The notes: a model not told the origin generated them from the sequence alone. Shown: positions 10,747-25,340, counted from the first letter of the stretch. The stretch: DNA of 64,000 nt from Yuukianura sp. NJ FZ-2021 (GCA_046563655.1 CM102289.1:7998001-8062000); one strand, 5' to 3'. Numbers and translations are program-made.

Positions 10747-13700
10747 TTCCCTGATCTCAGTTCAGCCCTTTATTAGACGAGAATTTTTTTTACAATTAAT
10801 TGAAGAAGATTGCAATAAAGATTTGAATTCGGCTGCTTGTTAATACTTATTCACTTGCGTCAAAAAGTGTTGAAAGATGAAAATTCAGTGGCTGCTCATG
10901 TTTTACTCCACCCACAGTAACTGCATCTGTAAGAAAAAAACACAAAATTGAAATAATTTGTATTTCGATTCAAAATCAAAATTATTCAGCAAAATTCTGC
11001 AACGTGTAAATTTGTCTGAAAATGTGGTCTTTGTTCAAGGGTTAATGAATCTTTAATTTTGAATTAATTACTACCGTCGTTATGAAACAAAAAAAAAACT
11101 TATGAAAAAAGTTTATAGTTTATAGTTTACTATTTTATAGAATTCAAACCTTTACCAATAGATTTCAAAAATTTCAAGCAATTGATGATGCAAGATTAAA
11201 ACATAATGCAAGCGTCATCTGCACAAAGTGCATGCGTTGAAAATTCTAAAATTTGAATAAAAACTTTTAATAAATGTCTGCTTCGAGTTTTCCACATGAA
11301 TTTTCTGGGACGGTAGAAGTATCTCATGATGAAAAATTGTGAGGGAGTGATGCCACTTACAACAAACTAAAAGAAAGTTAAAAATAAATTAAAAACAGAA
11401 AAGTTCTCAAGTCCACCTCTGCCATTTTCAAAGAACATGCCTTTTCTCTCTTTTTTTTTAATTCTGGAAAAAATACTTCCTGGTAGCACCTTCTCTCATG
11501 TTGAAAAGAAATTAAAAAATGATACCCTGCTTTGATTTTTGTTTTTGATTGTAAGATCAACTATAAATTTACCATGTTCACACCTTATTTTCATTTTTTC
11601 ACTTGCTATTTAGGCCAAAAAAAAAACAACCAAGGAAAACTGCATCAATCTAACTAAATAATTCAAATGTACGATTTCTCAATTCCAAACAAAACAGAAA
11701 TTTTAAGGTGTTGAACTTGTCCTTTTTCCCTTTAGTAATACCAAACAAGTTTTTCAGTAGGACAATTTTTGGTTTTCCCAACAAACTTTAAGAATTCTAT
11801 ATTCAATTGCAATTACATTATTACAATCACAATTAGTAAATGTTGAAGCGTGTAATTCATTTGATGCACTATTGAAAAAAAATAAAAAGTGAGTTCACAG
11901 ATCAAGATGCTTCTTCTCAAGATTCTTTCAATGTCAAGGACTTTCTGCTTGTTTTCGCTTCTTTGTAAAGTTGGAAACTTGCTTAATTGAAATGAAAAAT
12001 TTGGCAAACATTACCAACTTATTTTTCAATCTTCACAGTCCAAGTGTTTTTCTTTGGTAATTAGACTTGCAAAGTAATGTCCGTGTGTAATTAATTGATC
12101 TGGCATGGAGATGATCCAAATTGAAGGAACCACGGTACACTAGCTCTCTCTCTCCTTAAATCTTCTTGATGCTGTTTTTTATTTGCAATTTACACTTTGC
12201 TAAAAATCGTGACTGAAGAACTTTGATTCTGATTGTTACACCAACACATGAATTTTAAAGTGAATAAAAATTTACTCACTTCATACAGTAGGAAGAAACG
12301 TATTCCGCATTTTAATACCACCCTTAACAACTTTGTATTAAGACGCCACAATTCCCAGATCACAATAACATTAACTCTCACTTTCTGCAATAAAAAATGA
12401 CTTTTTACTGAATTTTTTCTACTTTATGTTGATTCCCACATAACAGTCAAAAGTATTATGCATTTCCTTGAATTTAATCATACTGTACGTTTATAATTAA
12501 ATATAATCACGCGAAAAACTGCGAATTATTGGAAACCTAAAGATATTTCAACTTGGAATACAAAAATTTTGTGCCGAAAGGCACAAATAATTTCGAGAGT
12601 TATAAAACGCCAGGCTTCATGTTTTTAGGTTGACAACCTTGGAAGCTGGGTTTACCAAACAGGAAGTGATTGGTTTCAAAATTTCAAAACACAGAAATTT
12701 ATTCTCAAAATTTCAAAATTTACTGCTTGAATTTCAAATTCGCATGTCCTACTCTCAGACGTATTCAAGATTCCAACTTATATTTTGTATTAAGGTGAAA
12801 ATTTTCGTACAAAGAAAGGAAAAAGCACAAAATTTGTCAGGGACGATTAATGACAAGGGTACTCCACAATTAAAATAATAATTCTTCAAAAATAATTCAA
12901 AATTACATTTTGTTTATATTTTTGTTTATACAATAACTGTTCTTCAGATGACATGCTAGAATAGACACACTTTTAATTACTAATCGTTTCAACACTTTAA
13001 ATGTTGTTCCTCATCACTTCAGCCTGACTATTTTTGGAAGTGGATCCAAGTGGAATGAATTGACTATAGCTGACAAATAATTGACCTCCACTTAACTTTT
13101 AAGTGAACTTTTAAATGTTATTGTCCATTGTGTAGTGTAGGATTCGAGTGCGCATGGGCGTAAATGGGCAGCAATTAAGCAATTCTGTGCTCCTAATTGG
13201 TGACCCTCACCTCCTCTTCTCTGTTGTTTTAAATATAACACCCAGATGGAAACTTTCATATTTGGGAATTGGATTTACATAAAATCCAGAGGTCAACAGA
13301 CTAAAAAAGTCCACAAGCAAATTTCCATTGTATTTTTCATGCCAAAATGCTTTGATGAATTGGTTTTACAATTAAAGTAATAGGACAAACTTTCTTGGTG
13401 TGCTTCTTAAGGAAGTGTGCAAAAGTGACCATTACCTGTACCAAATTACTTCATTAACACTTGAAAAAAAAAGTTCACAGAGGAAGTAAATGTAAATCTA
13501 TCCAAAAAGTATATACGCTTAACTTCAGCGTGGGCAATTGTGATTTAAAACCAAGTGAAAAGTACATGAAGATGGAAGAAATTTTAAATGTGAAAAAAAT
13601 GTCGTGCAAAATATTAATATTTAAACAATTGCAATTTTTGTCTAAACTTACGCATGTTAAAAGCAAAACTCATTCATAATAATGAAAATGTTCATGTCGA

Positions 13701-16700
13701 AAATCACTAAAGGATGTGTAATGTGCATTTCGTGTCAATTTTACTTTTTTCTCAGTCCATCGTGTTTACAATGCTTTCTCATTAATTACCTTTGTATACT
13801 TTTCATTCAGAAAAAAAATTAGGCCAAATTTTTTTGTCATTGTTAAGTTGGAAAAGTTTGTAAAAATTTCTTTTGAATTATGATGTGAATTGCATTACTA
13901 ATTGGTACACAATACATCTTCACTTTCGATTCTACACAACTACACAACTGCTCTCGTATTACACGCCAAAAATGACCTAAAACATGCCTTCTTTATTCAA
14001 AATTTTTAATTTCTGAGTAATATTGTCATACCTTAATTTTCAATAATAAGCAGCAAAAAGTGGTAAAAAACTAACCTAGTTAGTTATAAATCATTTAATT
14101 AATTGATTCTGTCATTAAACATTAGCTAACAATTAAACAACCAAACAAGTTTCTTTCACGTATTGATTGCAACTGTTTCTTAATTGAACTCAAAGTAATG
14201 AGATCATTTCGATCGTATATAACCAAACTCTAAAAAATTCTGATGAAACGATCTTTCTTTAAAATGAAAAAGTGGTTTGAAAAGTTGCGTTTGATTAATA
14301 GGGTTAAGATGAATCCTGTTTTCCATTGTGCAGTTTTTTAACTTTCTCCACTGCAAAAATTTTAACGAACAAGTTAAAGAACAATAACACCTTGAAAAAA
14401 ACTGCATTAGCACTAACCAACGTGAAATTGACATGATTTAAACACCATTGTTGTCACTTTGCAGTTCAAAGTACAACTACTAGCCAATTTCATCCTAAAA
14501 TTTAATTGAACACTACAGAGATTAGAAAACAGTCAAGTCATAGCCTTTGATTTGAATTTCTACTTGGGGGCCTCAAAACACTAAAAAGCAAAGTGCTGCA
14601 CAGTTTAAAAAATTACGTTAAGCACCCCAAATTAAACGAGATTTGAAAATAAACTGAAAAGTTGGGCAATAATTAGAGTGAAAGTTAGTTACGCAAAATT
14701 TGAATTTAAAATTGTTAAATGCTACTTTGGAGTAAAAGAATGCAATTAAGTTAGGGTTTCCTATTAATTTTAGTTAAAATGACGGATTTTACTGATTTCT
14801 AATTCCAAATTCTTCGTTATGCAAGATGCATTACAGTGGCCTCTTGGCTTTAAATTTTAAAATGACTTCATCTCTGTCAAATTAACTCAAGAAGTGGCAG
14901 CATTACTGTTAGGCGATTGAATAAAATAACATAATTTGAGTGTTCATTTTGAAAACGTGTGCATAACTTTTACAATCACTTTGAAACGTTACGAAAAATG
15001 TTGAATTATTCTTGGCTAACGAGGAGCAACAAATTGACAGGCTACTTGAAAATAAGCTTCGATTTTGCAAAATCATTCATTTGAAATTTTGTAAATTGAA
15101 CTCATCAACAATGTCATAAGAATGGAAAAAAAAAGCGAAAGGCCATCTTAATCCTACTTTTCCTCTACTGACACGTATATACTAAAGCGTTTTTATTTTG
15201 ATTGATGTGTTTCTTTTTGCTTTAGTTGAAAAGTAATGTCCATATTAGGATTTGTAGAAATTCGCAGTTTTCGAATTTTCACTTTTATTGTTATTGCGTG
15301 TTGCAACGTCAAATTGAGCGTCGTGCGACTTTCCGTATCAAAAGTGGAACACCGATGGAGAAAAACGGTGAAAATTTCTGAAGCGTGTCGACTTGCCAAA
15401 AAAAGCGTTGTACAAAATAAAAACAGTGTAAAAATCCCAAAAAGCATAAAAAACTAGGAAAGATTTGGTTGATTTGGTTTTGAATTAGTTGAATAACTAA
15501 ATCCGATTATATCTTGAGCCCAATCCGTGACGCAGATTGGATTTGTCACTTCCAGGCTAATTAACTTTTGAATTTTAAGCACTTTTGACACCTACACTGG
15601 CGTTTTTCAGGTTAAGTTTGAGGAGTTGTATCTTTAAAGTGACAAAAAATTATAAGTTAGTTAACCTTCATTCCGTTTTTGTTCCTGTTTAGTAATCTCT
15701 TTCTCGTCATCCATTCTTGGACACACAAACTGATTAGTATTTAATAACTTCTAATAAAAAATTTTTTTGCCAATGTCATCTTCCTCATCATCCGCACGTT
15801 CCCATCAAAGGAAATTTTTAAACTTTACAATTCTCATGCACGTTCAGAAAATATTTTGAAAACAAAAAAGAAAATTCAATTTAAAAACAAATTTTATAAT
15901 CCCTACAACACTCTTGCGACAGTCGTCTCTCTTTTGGAAATCTTATTTCTTCCTTGCCAAAAATGATAACAATGGACAATAAAAATGTAAAATCCCCCAA
16001 AAATTACAAAACTAAATAAAAAATATGTCCATTTCACTAAAATTGACAAGGACAAAAGTGGACAACACGACCATAATAGACCGCACTACCAAAATAGACA
16101 AAAGTCACACTTTTCTGACATTCATGAATGACCATCAACCTTGACTTCATAAAAACTAACCTAACCATTTTGAATAAAAAACTGAACAATAGGCTATTTT
16201 TTCATTATTGAGTAACTGTAGTTTTTTGAACATTAAAATTACTAATTGCCGTTTTTTATTACAAGTGTGAAATTTAACACGTGAATTTCAAATTTCTAAG
16301 CCCGTGAAAAGAAAAGTACAGTTTTGCCAAAAAATTTTAATTTACAAGCTTCAGTTTGCTAAAAATTCTGAAAGTTATGGATCCATATCCCGCTGCTTAC
16401 CAACTACTAATTTCTGTCTCGGTTTCAAAATTGGCAGTACATTTTATATGTATGTCCGCCTCAAGTCCTCATCGCTTGACCCACCATTATGCGATCCTGC
16501 GATCCTGAAAATTGGCAATCCAGTTTTTTGCACAAACTTTTTTGCACAAACTTTTTCGCACTTCCATCCCATCAAAGCAAAAAACAAGGAAGATAACTCC
16601 CTTTACAGCCTAGTTAACAACTCCGCCACCACTAGCACGTTCGTGGTTTAAAAAATAACAGATTTGGAAAAAAGAATGTTAGGGTGAACTGTGAAATAGA

Positions 16701-19398
16701 CCGTGGCTTGGAGCAAGTTAGGTTAAGGCACAACCTAATCCCTGACATAAACGGAGCCTTGACGGACCTTGCCAAATCCATTGGACGCACAAATCTTTAG
16801 CAATTTGGAAGAAATTGGCATTGGGTCACTGGTCACTGCCAGAGCCAACCCGGAAGAACACATTGAAAACCTTCTAAACTGTTAATAACATAACATTCAA
16901 AACTGTTAATTTTCAAAACAATTAAGTCTTACATAGCTCCATTGGAGTGTAAAATATTTAACTCGTGCAGAACTTAACTAAACTGTAAGTTAAATTAAAC
17001 GTAACTGCAGTTCGATAACTACAAAGCAGAGCAGAACGCAATCGTAGCATTAAAAGTTCAGACTCAAAAAATGGCTGAACTTTGCGCAATTTTTTGAACG
17101 TTGGGCAGATCTACTTTTTAACTTTCCGCAGATTTTTAGAGTTGTGCTCGTATTTTTTAGCACTTGGAAATTTATTACCCACATTCCAAGCAAAAAGTTG
17201 AGTTTAATGTCACATCAGTTTGATTCAACTATAAATTAAGGTTAAATTGGATTAAAATTTAAACTAAGTGGTAGAGCGGTAAGATTTGAATCTGTGTAGG
17301 CCAAAGTGCGGGGTACTTTTTAAAAAGTCACTGTAGGCCAAACCCGTGCTTATTTTGCCATGGTTTGACTTGTTAGTAATGAAATGAGAGACAACAGTGT
17401 GGGATACGCGTCAAGCGAAAAGATAATAGTCAAAATCCCATTGTTTCCAATGCCAGCACAACCGTGTGCCTGTGCCATGGAGTCGAAGGCCGCAGATTCG
17501 TATGCGCATAGGATTTTTTGTTAAGAGGAAGATTAAATCAAGGGAGATTCAAAACGAGTGGATTCCCTGGTGGAAATTTCAAGAGAAAGCGCCAAAAAGG
17601 GGTTAATCTCATTGTTAAATGATTTAAAAGTAAAGCGTTTAATAAAGACACAATTTTTGAGTTGACAGTAAACAGGTATTGTGCGTTTTAGAAAATTATG
17701 AAAGCCTTAATCACATGACTTTCATGAAAAATGCAAACAAAAAATTTTTTTTGTCAGAGGGAAATCCAGCATTTACAAAATACAAAAAAAATTAAACTTG
17801 ATACTTCCTTGTGAAAATTCGACAAATCAGAAAAATGTTAAAGGTTAAGTTTTTGCTCAACTAGATTCTTAGCACTTTTTTTTTGTAAAAAGCACAAAAA
17901 CATTGACAAAAAAAAATTCAGCTTTTGTGTTTTGTCGAATCCAAATTTGAGTAATTTGCTTGAATGGCCTCTAACTTTAACAAAGCGTGCTAAATTTAAA
18001 TTGTTTTTGGATGATTTGACTTGGAAGATGGGAATGTTCAAGTAATTTATAAAATTTTCCGCCTTGCATGTGAATTTCAGCAAACTTTCAATGGCTATAA
18101 AAACTAAATGGTCTTTAAGCATGCTGAGTACTAGTGAAAGTGGTTAATGGTAAAGATGACAGTCACTTAGTTAGCACAATGACATCAAGTAACAACAGAT
18201 GAAATTTCACAAATGCCAAGAATAACTTCTGAGAGCCTCTTTGGATAGCCATTGTCTAAAATTTAAAAATTAAACAAGCGTCGATGTCCTCTCGTGTCCC
18301 TTTTGTTGTTTGTTCGACCTGAACGAACCCCGCATGCGGTGGAACCATTTGACCTTGACTTAATTTCTAAAAATTTCGAGTCACTTTCCCAAAACAGTCA
18401 ACATTTTTCAAAACTAACCTGAAACTGTAAAATTTTGTTTTCGAAAACATTGAACAGGTAAGAAAAAAGTGTGAAGTAGAAAGATTTTTCTCGAACAGGT
18501 TTAAAGATTTTTCTCCAAGCTTCGAGAAAAATGATTTTCGCTAAACTGAGAATTTCTTGAGCTAGAACTAAAAGTACATTTTTTTTTAGTTTTTTTTTAA
18601 AAATTCGTTAACTTTTTTTTTTGAAATGCCGGCAGCACATTAGGTTCAAACCTGTTGTTGACACACGAGGCGGCAAACCCACATTTATATTTACTTTTAA
18701 TTGAACTCATTATTTTTTGAAGCATGGCTCTGATTAAATCTTAATCTCCTTAGACTGTCACTCAAAAAAATTATCTACGCAGACGCCAAATGCCTGTAAG
18801 CGCTGATTCTGCGCCTTGAAAAGCATTTGTAACATCTTGATAAAGCCCTATTTCCCTCCTTCCGTCATCAAGTGCTTAAATTTTTTAAATTAGGGTATCT
18901 AAATCAATGTTAAATTTTAACAAGATTTGGAAATTTAAGTGCTAAAAGTGACACTTTGCAGTGTCATATTTCATGCCATTGGGGAAAGGAGTCCACGGTC
19001 TCTGCTTGTCTGCGCATGTGTGCAAGATGAAAGTTAATGATACGTTACATACATATTATTATTTTTATTATACATAGTATGTAGTATATTATACTATTAT
19101 AATTAGGATTGATTATGATTCCATGTCAAAGTCCCTGTGAATACCAATGACCCCCATTGACCTTGCATATTAGCATTATGGAAACTAAGGTTCTCTGACC
19201 TAGATCAGATGATTTTGCAATGAACAGTGTATAATTTGCAGAAAGTTAACCAAAATTAACGGATTGCGGAACCAAAATAAATCTTCTGCCCTTGAAAAAA
19301 GAAAGCGACCAGTTTGACCTTTCAGATTTCTAGTTGCATTAAGAATCTTTCACCTTACAAAAAAAAACACCCGCGTACAGCTTTTCCTTATACAAAAG

Positions 19399-19500
19399 AA
19401 AAATACACAGACACACAACTTTTCATTAGTTAAAAAAATACACAGACACACAACTTTTCATTATTTAAAAAAAACACGGACACACAACTTTTCATTAGTT
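19399..19500. repeat. Short tandem repeat, 3 x ~35 bp (AAAAATACACAGACACACAACTTTTCATTAGTT)
   Basis: Three near-identical adjacent copies. Confidence 0.85.
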
Positions 19501-19953
19501 TGAAAAAATGAATTACCTTGAATTTTTTCCCAGTGATGAATTTGCACAACTTTTTCTGTCAATCGTTGAAGAGGTTCACTTGAGTAATTCGTTTTTGATT
19601 TCGATTAGATTGATTTGCGATTAACTGAAGGAGGAGTGAAGCCCTACTTGAGAAGTATTTGTGAATTACAGTAATTTAACAAGTATTTTCCTCGTAATTA
19701 CAAAGGAACTGAACGAAGCACACCTTTTACTACTAGACAATTGTTTGAAAAAATTGGCTAGTTGATGCTGGCACAACTGCTTGAAGCCGAATGGTTACAA
19801 ACACTGAGCATCACGAAACTAACTCGCACTGTTAAAATTGAATGTGAGAAGCAAGGTTTGTGATGAGGAGAATAAAACGTGTGAAACAATTGTGAAATGG
19901 AAGAATAAGGGGCTTTCAGGGTTAGTTCCTCCCTTCACATCGTCACTGATCAC

Positions 19954-20150
19954 CAGACCTGTCAAAAATATTTAGTTCCCATGCCTGTAATGTTAACAAA
20001 ATCAATATTTCGGGTGTTTTTGTTACTAAATATTTATTTATTTGTCCATGCCCGTAATGTTAAGTTCGTAAATATTTCGACCTTTTTCAGTAAATATTGT
20101 ATTTATTTAAATATTTCGCAGGTTTTTAGTAAATATTTTTGACAGGTCTG
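19954..20150. mobile_element. 197-bp non-autonomous DNA transposon (MITE), hAT-like
   Basis: Perfect 21-bp TIRs CAGACCTGTCAAAAATATTTA / TAAATATTTTTGACAGGTCTG, flanked by a perfect 8-bp TSD CTGATCAC (19946-19953, 20151-20158). An 8-bp TSD and CAG termini are typical of hAT elements. Confidence 0.9.
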
Positions 20151-20746
20151 CTGATCACTCCAACGATAATTGTCATGCCAAATTGTAGAGTGCAGAGGAT
20201 TCATTTTCTATGACAATTTCTAAAGTTTAGACAAAAAACCAGTTCAATTCAAGCATCCAATGTTTAAATGATGTAGGACAATTTGAGAAAAAAAATTCAA
20301 TTGGGATTGGGAAATACTTAAATACTTTTTGGGAAATAAGTTTTGGATAGTAAAGGCGTAAGCAATGATAGTTAAGATTCAAAGTTATTGTGAAATGAAA
20401 CATACAGGCGTGTAGCATGAGAGGAGGATCTGCACAAATTGTAAATTCATGAGTAATTATAAAATGTACAAAATTATTTTGTAATGAACATTTAAAAATT
20501 GGGATGTGCTAGAAAGAAAAAGTTCAAAGCGAAATGAATTTTCTGACACGAAGCTGTCGGCAAAACTTTGAAATAATTTCGCAAAACTTGAGCAAAATTG
20601 GCTGAAAAGATTCGATGTTTGCGGTAAATCAACAAAAGACGGTATATACTGGTTCCGCAAGAGAAAAACCCGCCTTGACGTTTAATTAACCAAATTATAA
20701 TTTGATAAATTATGGAATTTTGCCTCTGAAGAATTGATCCAGGAGA

Positions 20747-21859
20747 TCACAAGTCATGTTTGACTTTTGAAAAATATTGCATCTTGGCTTCTGGATCAGG
20801 AATGATAGTTTCGGCTCCTGGTTTCCAACCAGCAGGGCAAACTGTAAACAGAATGACATTTGTAATCAAACACATTCAACCCAAATTCTTTTTTGTTTTA
20901 CGCACCTTCACCATGTTTATCAGTGTATTGGAATGCTTGTACTAAACGAAGGGTTTCATCAACGCTTCTTCCCACCGGTAAATCATTGATTGTGATTTGA
21001 CGAAGAATTCCTTTGTCATCAATAATAAACAATCCTCTGTACATCGTTAAAAACATTCTAATTAGAATCCGGTACTTCAGTTTTAAAATTGCAGTATTAT
21101 TTTTCTTGCCTCAGGGCATGACCCAAGTCTTCTAAGTAAACGCCGTAGTCTTTGGCAATGCTGTGCGTTAAATCAGAAAGCAATGGAATATTCAGATGTC
21201 CTAATCCGCCTTCTTTCCTGGGAGTGTTAATCCAGGCTAAGTGGGTGAAATGCGAGTCAACCGAGCAAGCAACTACCTGTTACAAATCAAATCATAAAAA
21301 TTTTGAAAAAGTTACAAAATTAGGATAATGAGAACCTCATTGGTTAAGACTTATTACCTCGGTATTGATTTTCTTGAACTCGTGAATTCGATCATTGAAC
21401 GCCAAAATCTCAGTGGGGCATACGAAAGTGCTATAAAAAAATGTTTGTAAGTTATCGATTTTCATTCAAATACTTTATGCTGGACTTACAAATCCAATGG
21501 GTAAAAGAAGAAAACCAAATATTTGCCCCTAAAATCTGAAAGTTTTAGTGGTTTAAATGCTCCGTTGATAACTGCAGTGGCTTCGAAATCTGGTGCAGGT
21601 TTGCTAACTGAAAGAGTTCAAACATACAATATTTAAAGGTAATCTTGGGGCCCCCAAGGTGGGGGCAGAAATCATAAAAAAAGAAAACCATGTCGGTGAA
21701 ATTACTCATTGTCTTGGACAAGTGTATAATATGTCCGCTGGATTTCGATGTTTCTTGTGGATACACGTGTCCGCCGGCAAACGAATAACATTGTGACTCC
21801 ACTGCCGAAATGCATTGTACCGCGGACAGAACGACGAAGACAATCATCCATGACGCCAT
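20747..21859 (-). CDS. PRDX4: Peroxiredoxin 4 (secretory typical 2-Cys peroxiredoxin), 6 coding exons
   Basis: Signal peptide and [14 protein letters not shown]-terminus; FFYPLDF|TFVCPTE peroxidatic motif; GLFIID; HGE|VCPAGW resolving motif; ends SKVKHDL*. Confidence 0.93.
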
Positions 21860-22873
21860 TTTTTAAATTCTCTAGAAGAATAAAAAAACAGAATCATTCA
21901 TGTGAGTTCATGGTAAAGTAATGTCAAGCATTGATGCCTAGAGTCTAGTCATTGTCCTAGTCTAGGCCCTAGACCAGGACAAGCCATAAAAACGTATCTA
22001 GGTTTATTTGCGATTTTATATTGCACTTGAATGACGTAGATATAAACAAATCAGGATTTAACCAGTAATCAAAATCATAATCCTACTTTAACAAATTGAA
22101 CGTTGTTCAACAAGATGACAGGTTTTTCCAAGCACCAGTACTTGGCTGTCACTGAGGAGACTGATAGGCAGTCAGTCCGTTTCACAGCTGAACTTTGCCT
22201 GATTACACAAATTTTTGTTTACCAACAGTGTTGCAGTAACAGTACTGATCAATTATCCAGGCTTAGGCTAATAATACGGGCTTACGTTAATTACCTTCGG
22301 TGACGTGGACCTCTTCTAACACTGGAAATAGCGAATAAATTACCGGCAGTTCAATTAACATTACACGTCACATTCACATATGCTCGCTCACGCTAATGCT
22401 GTGATTTTGGAATTTCCTTGGGGCCGCAGTTGTCAAATATCCACTCTCGCATTAACTACGCTGTCCTTACGGATAAAGATAACACAACAGCAAATAATTC
22501 GGAAAGTGGTTTAATTACTAGGTTTATTTTGTAAGTATATTTTAAAACGAAAGTAAAAGTTAACTAAAACTAATCAACGCTTTGACATTTTAATTGCCTG
22601 TCGCGAATCGCATCGTTCTCGTCGTTTGCGAATCGCAGGTTGGCGTACGATATGGGGCGCTATTCCTCAGAACAGGAGATAACTTTTGCTTTTTTTTTTT
22701 TTGCCGAATTCCCGCCATTGAATTTACAAATTTTCAAAAGAGCGGGAATAATTTTCATTCAAAAACATGTGTTGAAAAAAGAAAAACAAAACAAAAACAA
22801 ACTCTGTTTGATTCTCGAGTAAATTACGTTAATTTTTTAATTTAATTTTAATTTTAATTACAATTTGTTAACC

Positions 22874-25340
22874 ATGGTTTTATCCTGTGTAAGAACGAAT
22901 TTGCCAAAGCGATTGTTAAACGTATCTCGATCGGTTCAGTTTTTAAGGTACTACATTGCCGAGCCTCCGAGTCGTCGACACCTATGGACAAATTATGTAA
23001 AATCCTATGCAACACTCTCCAGTACCAACATCAAGGAATCGTTTCTGGTAACAACGTTAAGTCATAGAGCGTTTTCGTCTTTGCATTTGACAAATGTGGA
23101 GAGGCGAAGGAACAGAATACCTGACGCTCGCGAACGCGATATACTACCATCGTCAAACGACGACCCAGACGTATTTGGCACAATTGCGGTGGGTAGGGAT
23201 GAAGTAAGCAGAACGGCAAACCGTCAACTCCGGGAGTTAGCCAGTGATGTGGAGTCCATATTTACGCCGGAAGAAGCTGATGACATTGTTTTTAAACCTG
23301 ACCACCCTTGGACAATGGACCGTCTTCGGCGACAAGTGTTCGAGTATCTCAGAGAAAAGAAGGTACAAGTTACATTGGCAGTTCTCAAGCTTATGTGTAC
23401 TCATATTTTTCATTTTGGTATCGCAGTTAAAATTGGCGCTGGACACTTTCTTGCAAGTACTACAAGATGGAGGATTCCCAATGAATCAAAAGGACATTTC
23501 TTTCATATGCACTACCCTCATATGTGCGTGTGCCAGAGCCGGAAACGTGGACATGGCGTTCCTATTATTTGATAAAATGAAACAACGTGGATTAGCGATG
23601 AAGGAAAGTTGGTACACAAGTTTGTTCAACGCCTGTGCCAATTCACCTTGGGATTCGGAACAAAATCTACTACGAATTGAAAAGATCAGATCGCACATGA
23701 CCTATAAAGGATTTGAACCAAACCAAACTCATTTTCATGCGATGATCAAAGGTAATTTAACTTAATCCCTAGCTTAATATATTGAGTAATTGACAACACA
23801 ATCTCTCATTCTAATCATCTTTGTGCAGCATACGGTCGATGTGGAGCGCTTCAGGCAGCGTTCTCTGTAGTTGATGAAATGCGGCTCCGAATTCAAGAAA
23901 CCCAGCAATCAGACCTACAAATACGCATCACTACTGAAACGTTTAACTTCCTTCTGCAAGCGTGTATTAGTGACAAAGAAAATGGATATCGACATGCAGT
24001 CGTAACCTGGCAAAAGATGTTGAAGATGAAGATTAAACCAGACCTGTATTCCTATCGGCTATTTCTACGTGCCATCCGAGAATGTGACATCCAATTGCCG
24101 AAGAAAGACACGAAAGAGAGGACACCACTGATTGGTGAAAACAACCAAGTTCATCAAGCTCGACTTCCAGAAATCGTAGATCCAGCTCCAGGCACACTCA
24201 AACAGAACGTTGATGTCATTGAATTTCTTAATACTGAGGAAGAAGATACTCTGAGGAAATCAGGAAAGGAAATATTTCCTCTCATCGAAAAATCCAACAC
24301 CGAACTTCAGCGGTTATTGAAAGTGCCCGAGAATAGGTAAAAGCCACCGTATTTTTGTGTAACATTTCACAAATATAAGCTGATCAATGAATTTTGATTG
24401 TAGGTTCGCGATACTTGGGGGAATGCGGGCATTTATGACCCAGATGGACATTCACAAGGTTAAGATTGACTTGAAAACAGCAACAGAATATGTCATGAAT
24501 GTGTCTACGGCAGAAGTTCCGGTAAGACGTACTTCAGAGTTAGCCTAATTGCCTTACTGAAATATTTAAACTTTAATTTTCAGGACGTTCTGATGATGCT
24601 GGAGACGAAAGGACTCAAACCAGATATCCATTTCCTTAACTTGGCGATGAAGAAGTACATGCGTTGGCAGCAGGATGATAAGGCGAGGAAGCTATTAGAA
24701 CTCTTTGCAAACTACAATGTCACTCCGAATATCATGACATTTGGAGTTCTAGCTATGGGTGCTCGCAATTGGACCGAATGCAACAAACTTCTAATAGAAA
24801 TGGATACGCTTGGAGTCGTGTAAGTGCTTCACATATTTTGTTTAAATGTTTCCCGCCAGTTAATATAACTTGTCACTTTCAGACCAAACGAGGCAATCTT
24901 CGGCGCCCTTGTACTCAACGCTTGCAGAAACTACGATCCTCGTTATTTGATCCGCCTTATGGAAGAACATGTCCGTCGTGAAATAAAACCCAATGAATAT
25001 TTCGTGGGAAAAATCATAAATTTTAAAGAATACGTCCACAAAGCTATCGTTGACGTGGTAAGGAAACTTACTGAAATTGAGCTAGGCCAATGTGTATCGC
25101 CAAATACTAATCAAATGTTGATCATAGGAATGTGGAAGAGAAGTGAGACCTAGGCGCTTGAACTCTATTGTTAAAACTCCGGAATTCACAGAGTACTGGG
25201 AAAAGCTGAATCACCGATTTGAGAGTTGGGTAAGACAACTTGGTGTCACTGAATCCGAGATTCCCTGGAAGAAAGACACGAAAGAACGTTTGGAGAGACT
25301 TAAAAATCGAAGACTGCAGCCGGAGATATACCGCGATTAG
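22874..25340 (+). CDS. PTCD1: Mitochondrial pentatricopeptide-repeat protein, PTCD1-like, multi-exon
   Basis: Arg/Ser/Leu-rich transit-like N-terminus and a DPDVFGT motif. PPR motifs include TTLICACARAGNVDMAFLLFDKMK, YTSLFNACANSPW, TFNFLLQAC, PDLYSYRLFLRAIREC and PNIMTFGVLA. Introns are short GT-AG. Confidence 0.85.

Noticed and set aside
11000..19400. Numerous 60-115 aa ORFs
   Set aside because: AT-rich F/K/L/I-biased chance ORFs with no motifs or splice support; probably 5' introns and regulatory DNA of the PDZ gene.
21952..21982. 14-bp hairpin TTGTCCTAGTCTAG-gcc-CTAGACCAGGACAA in the Prx4 5'UTR intron
   Set aside because: Too short, with no TSD or ncRNA boxes, to support a call.
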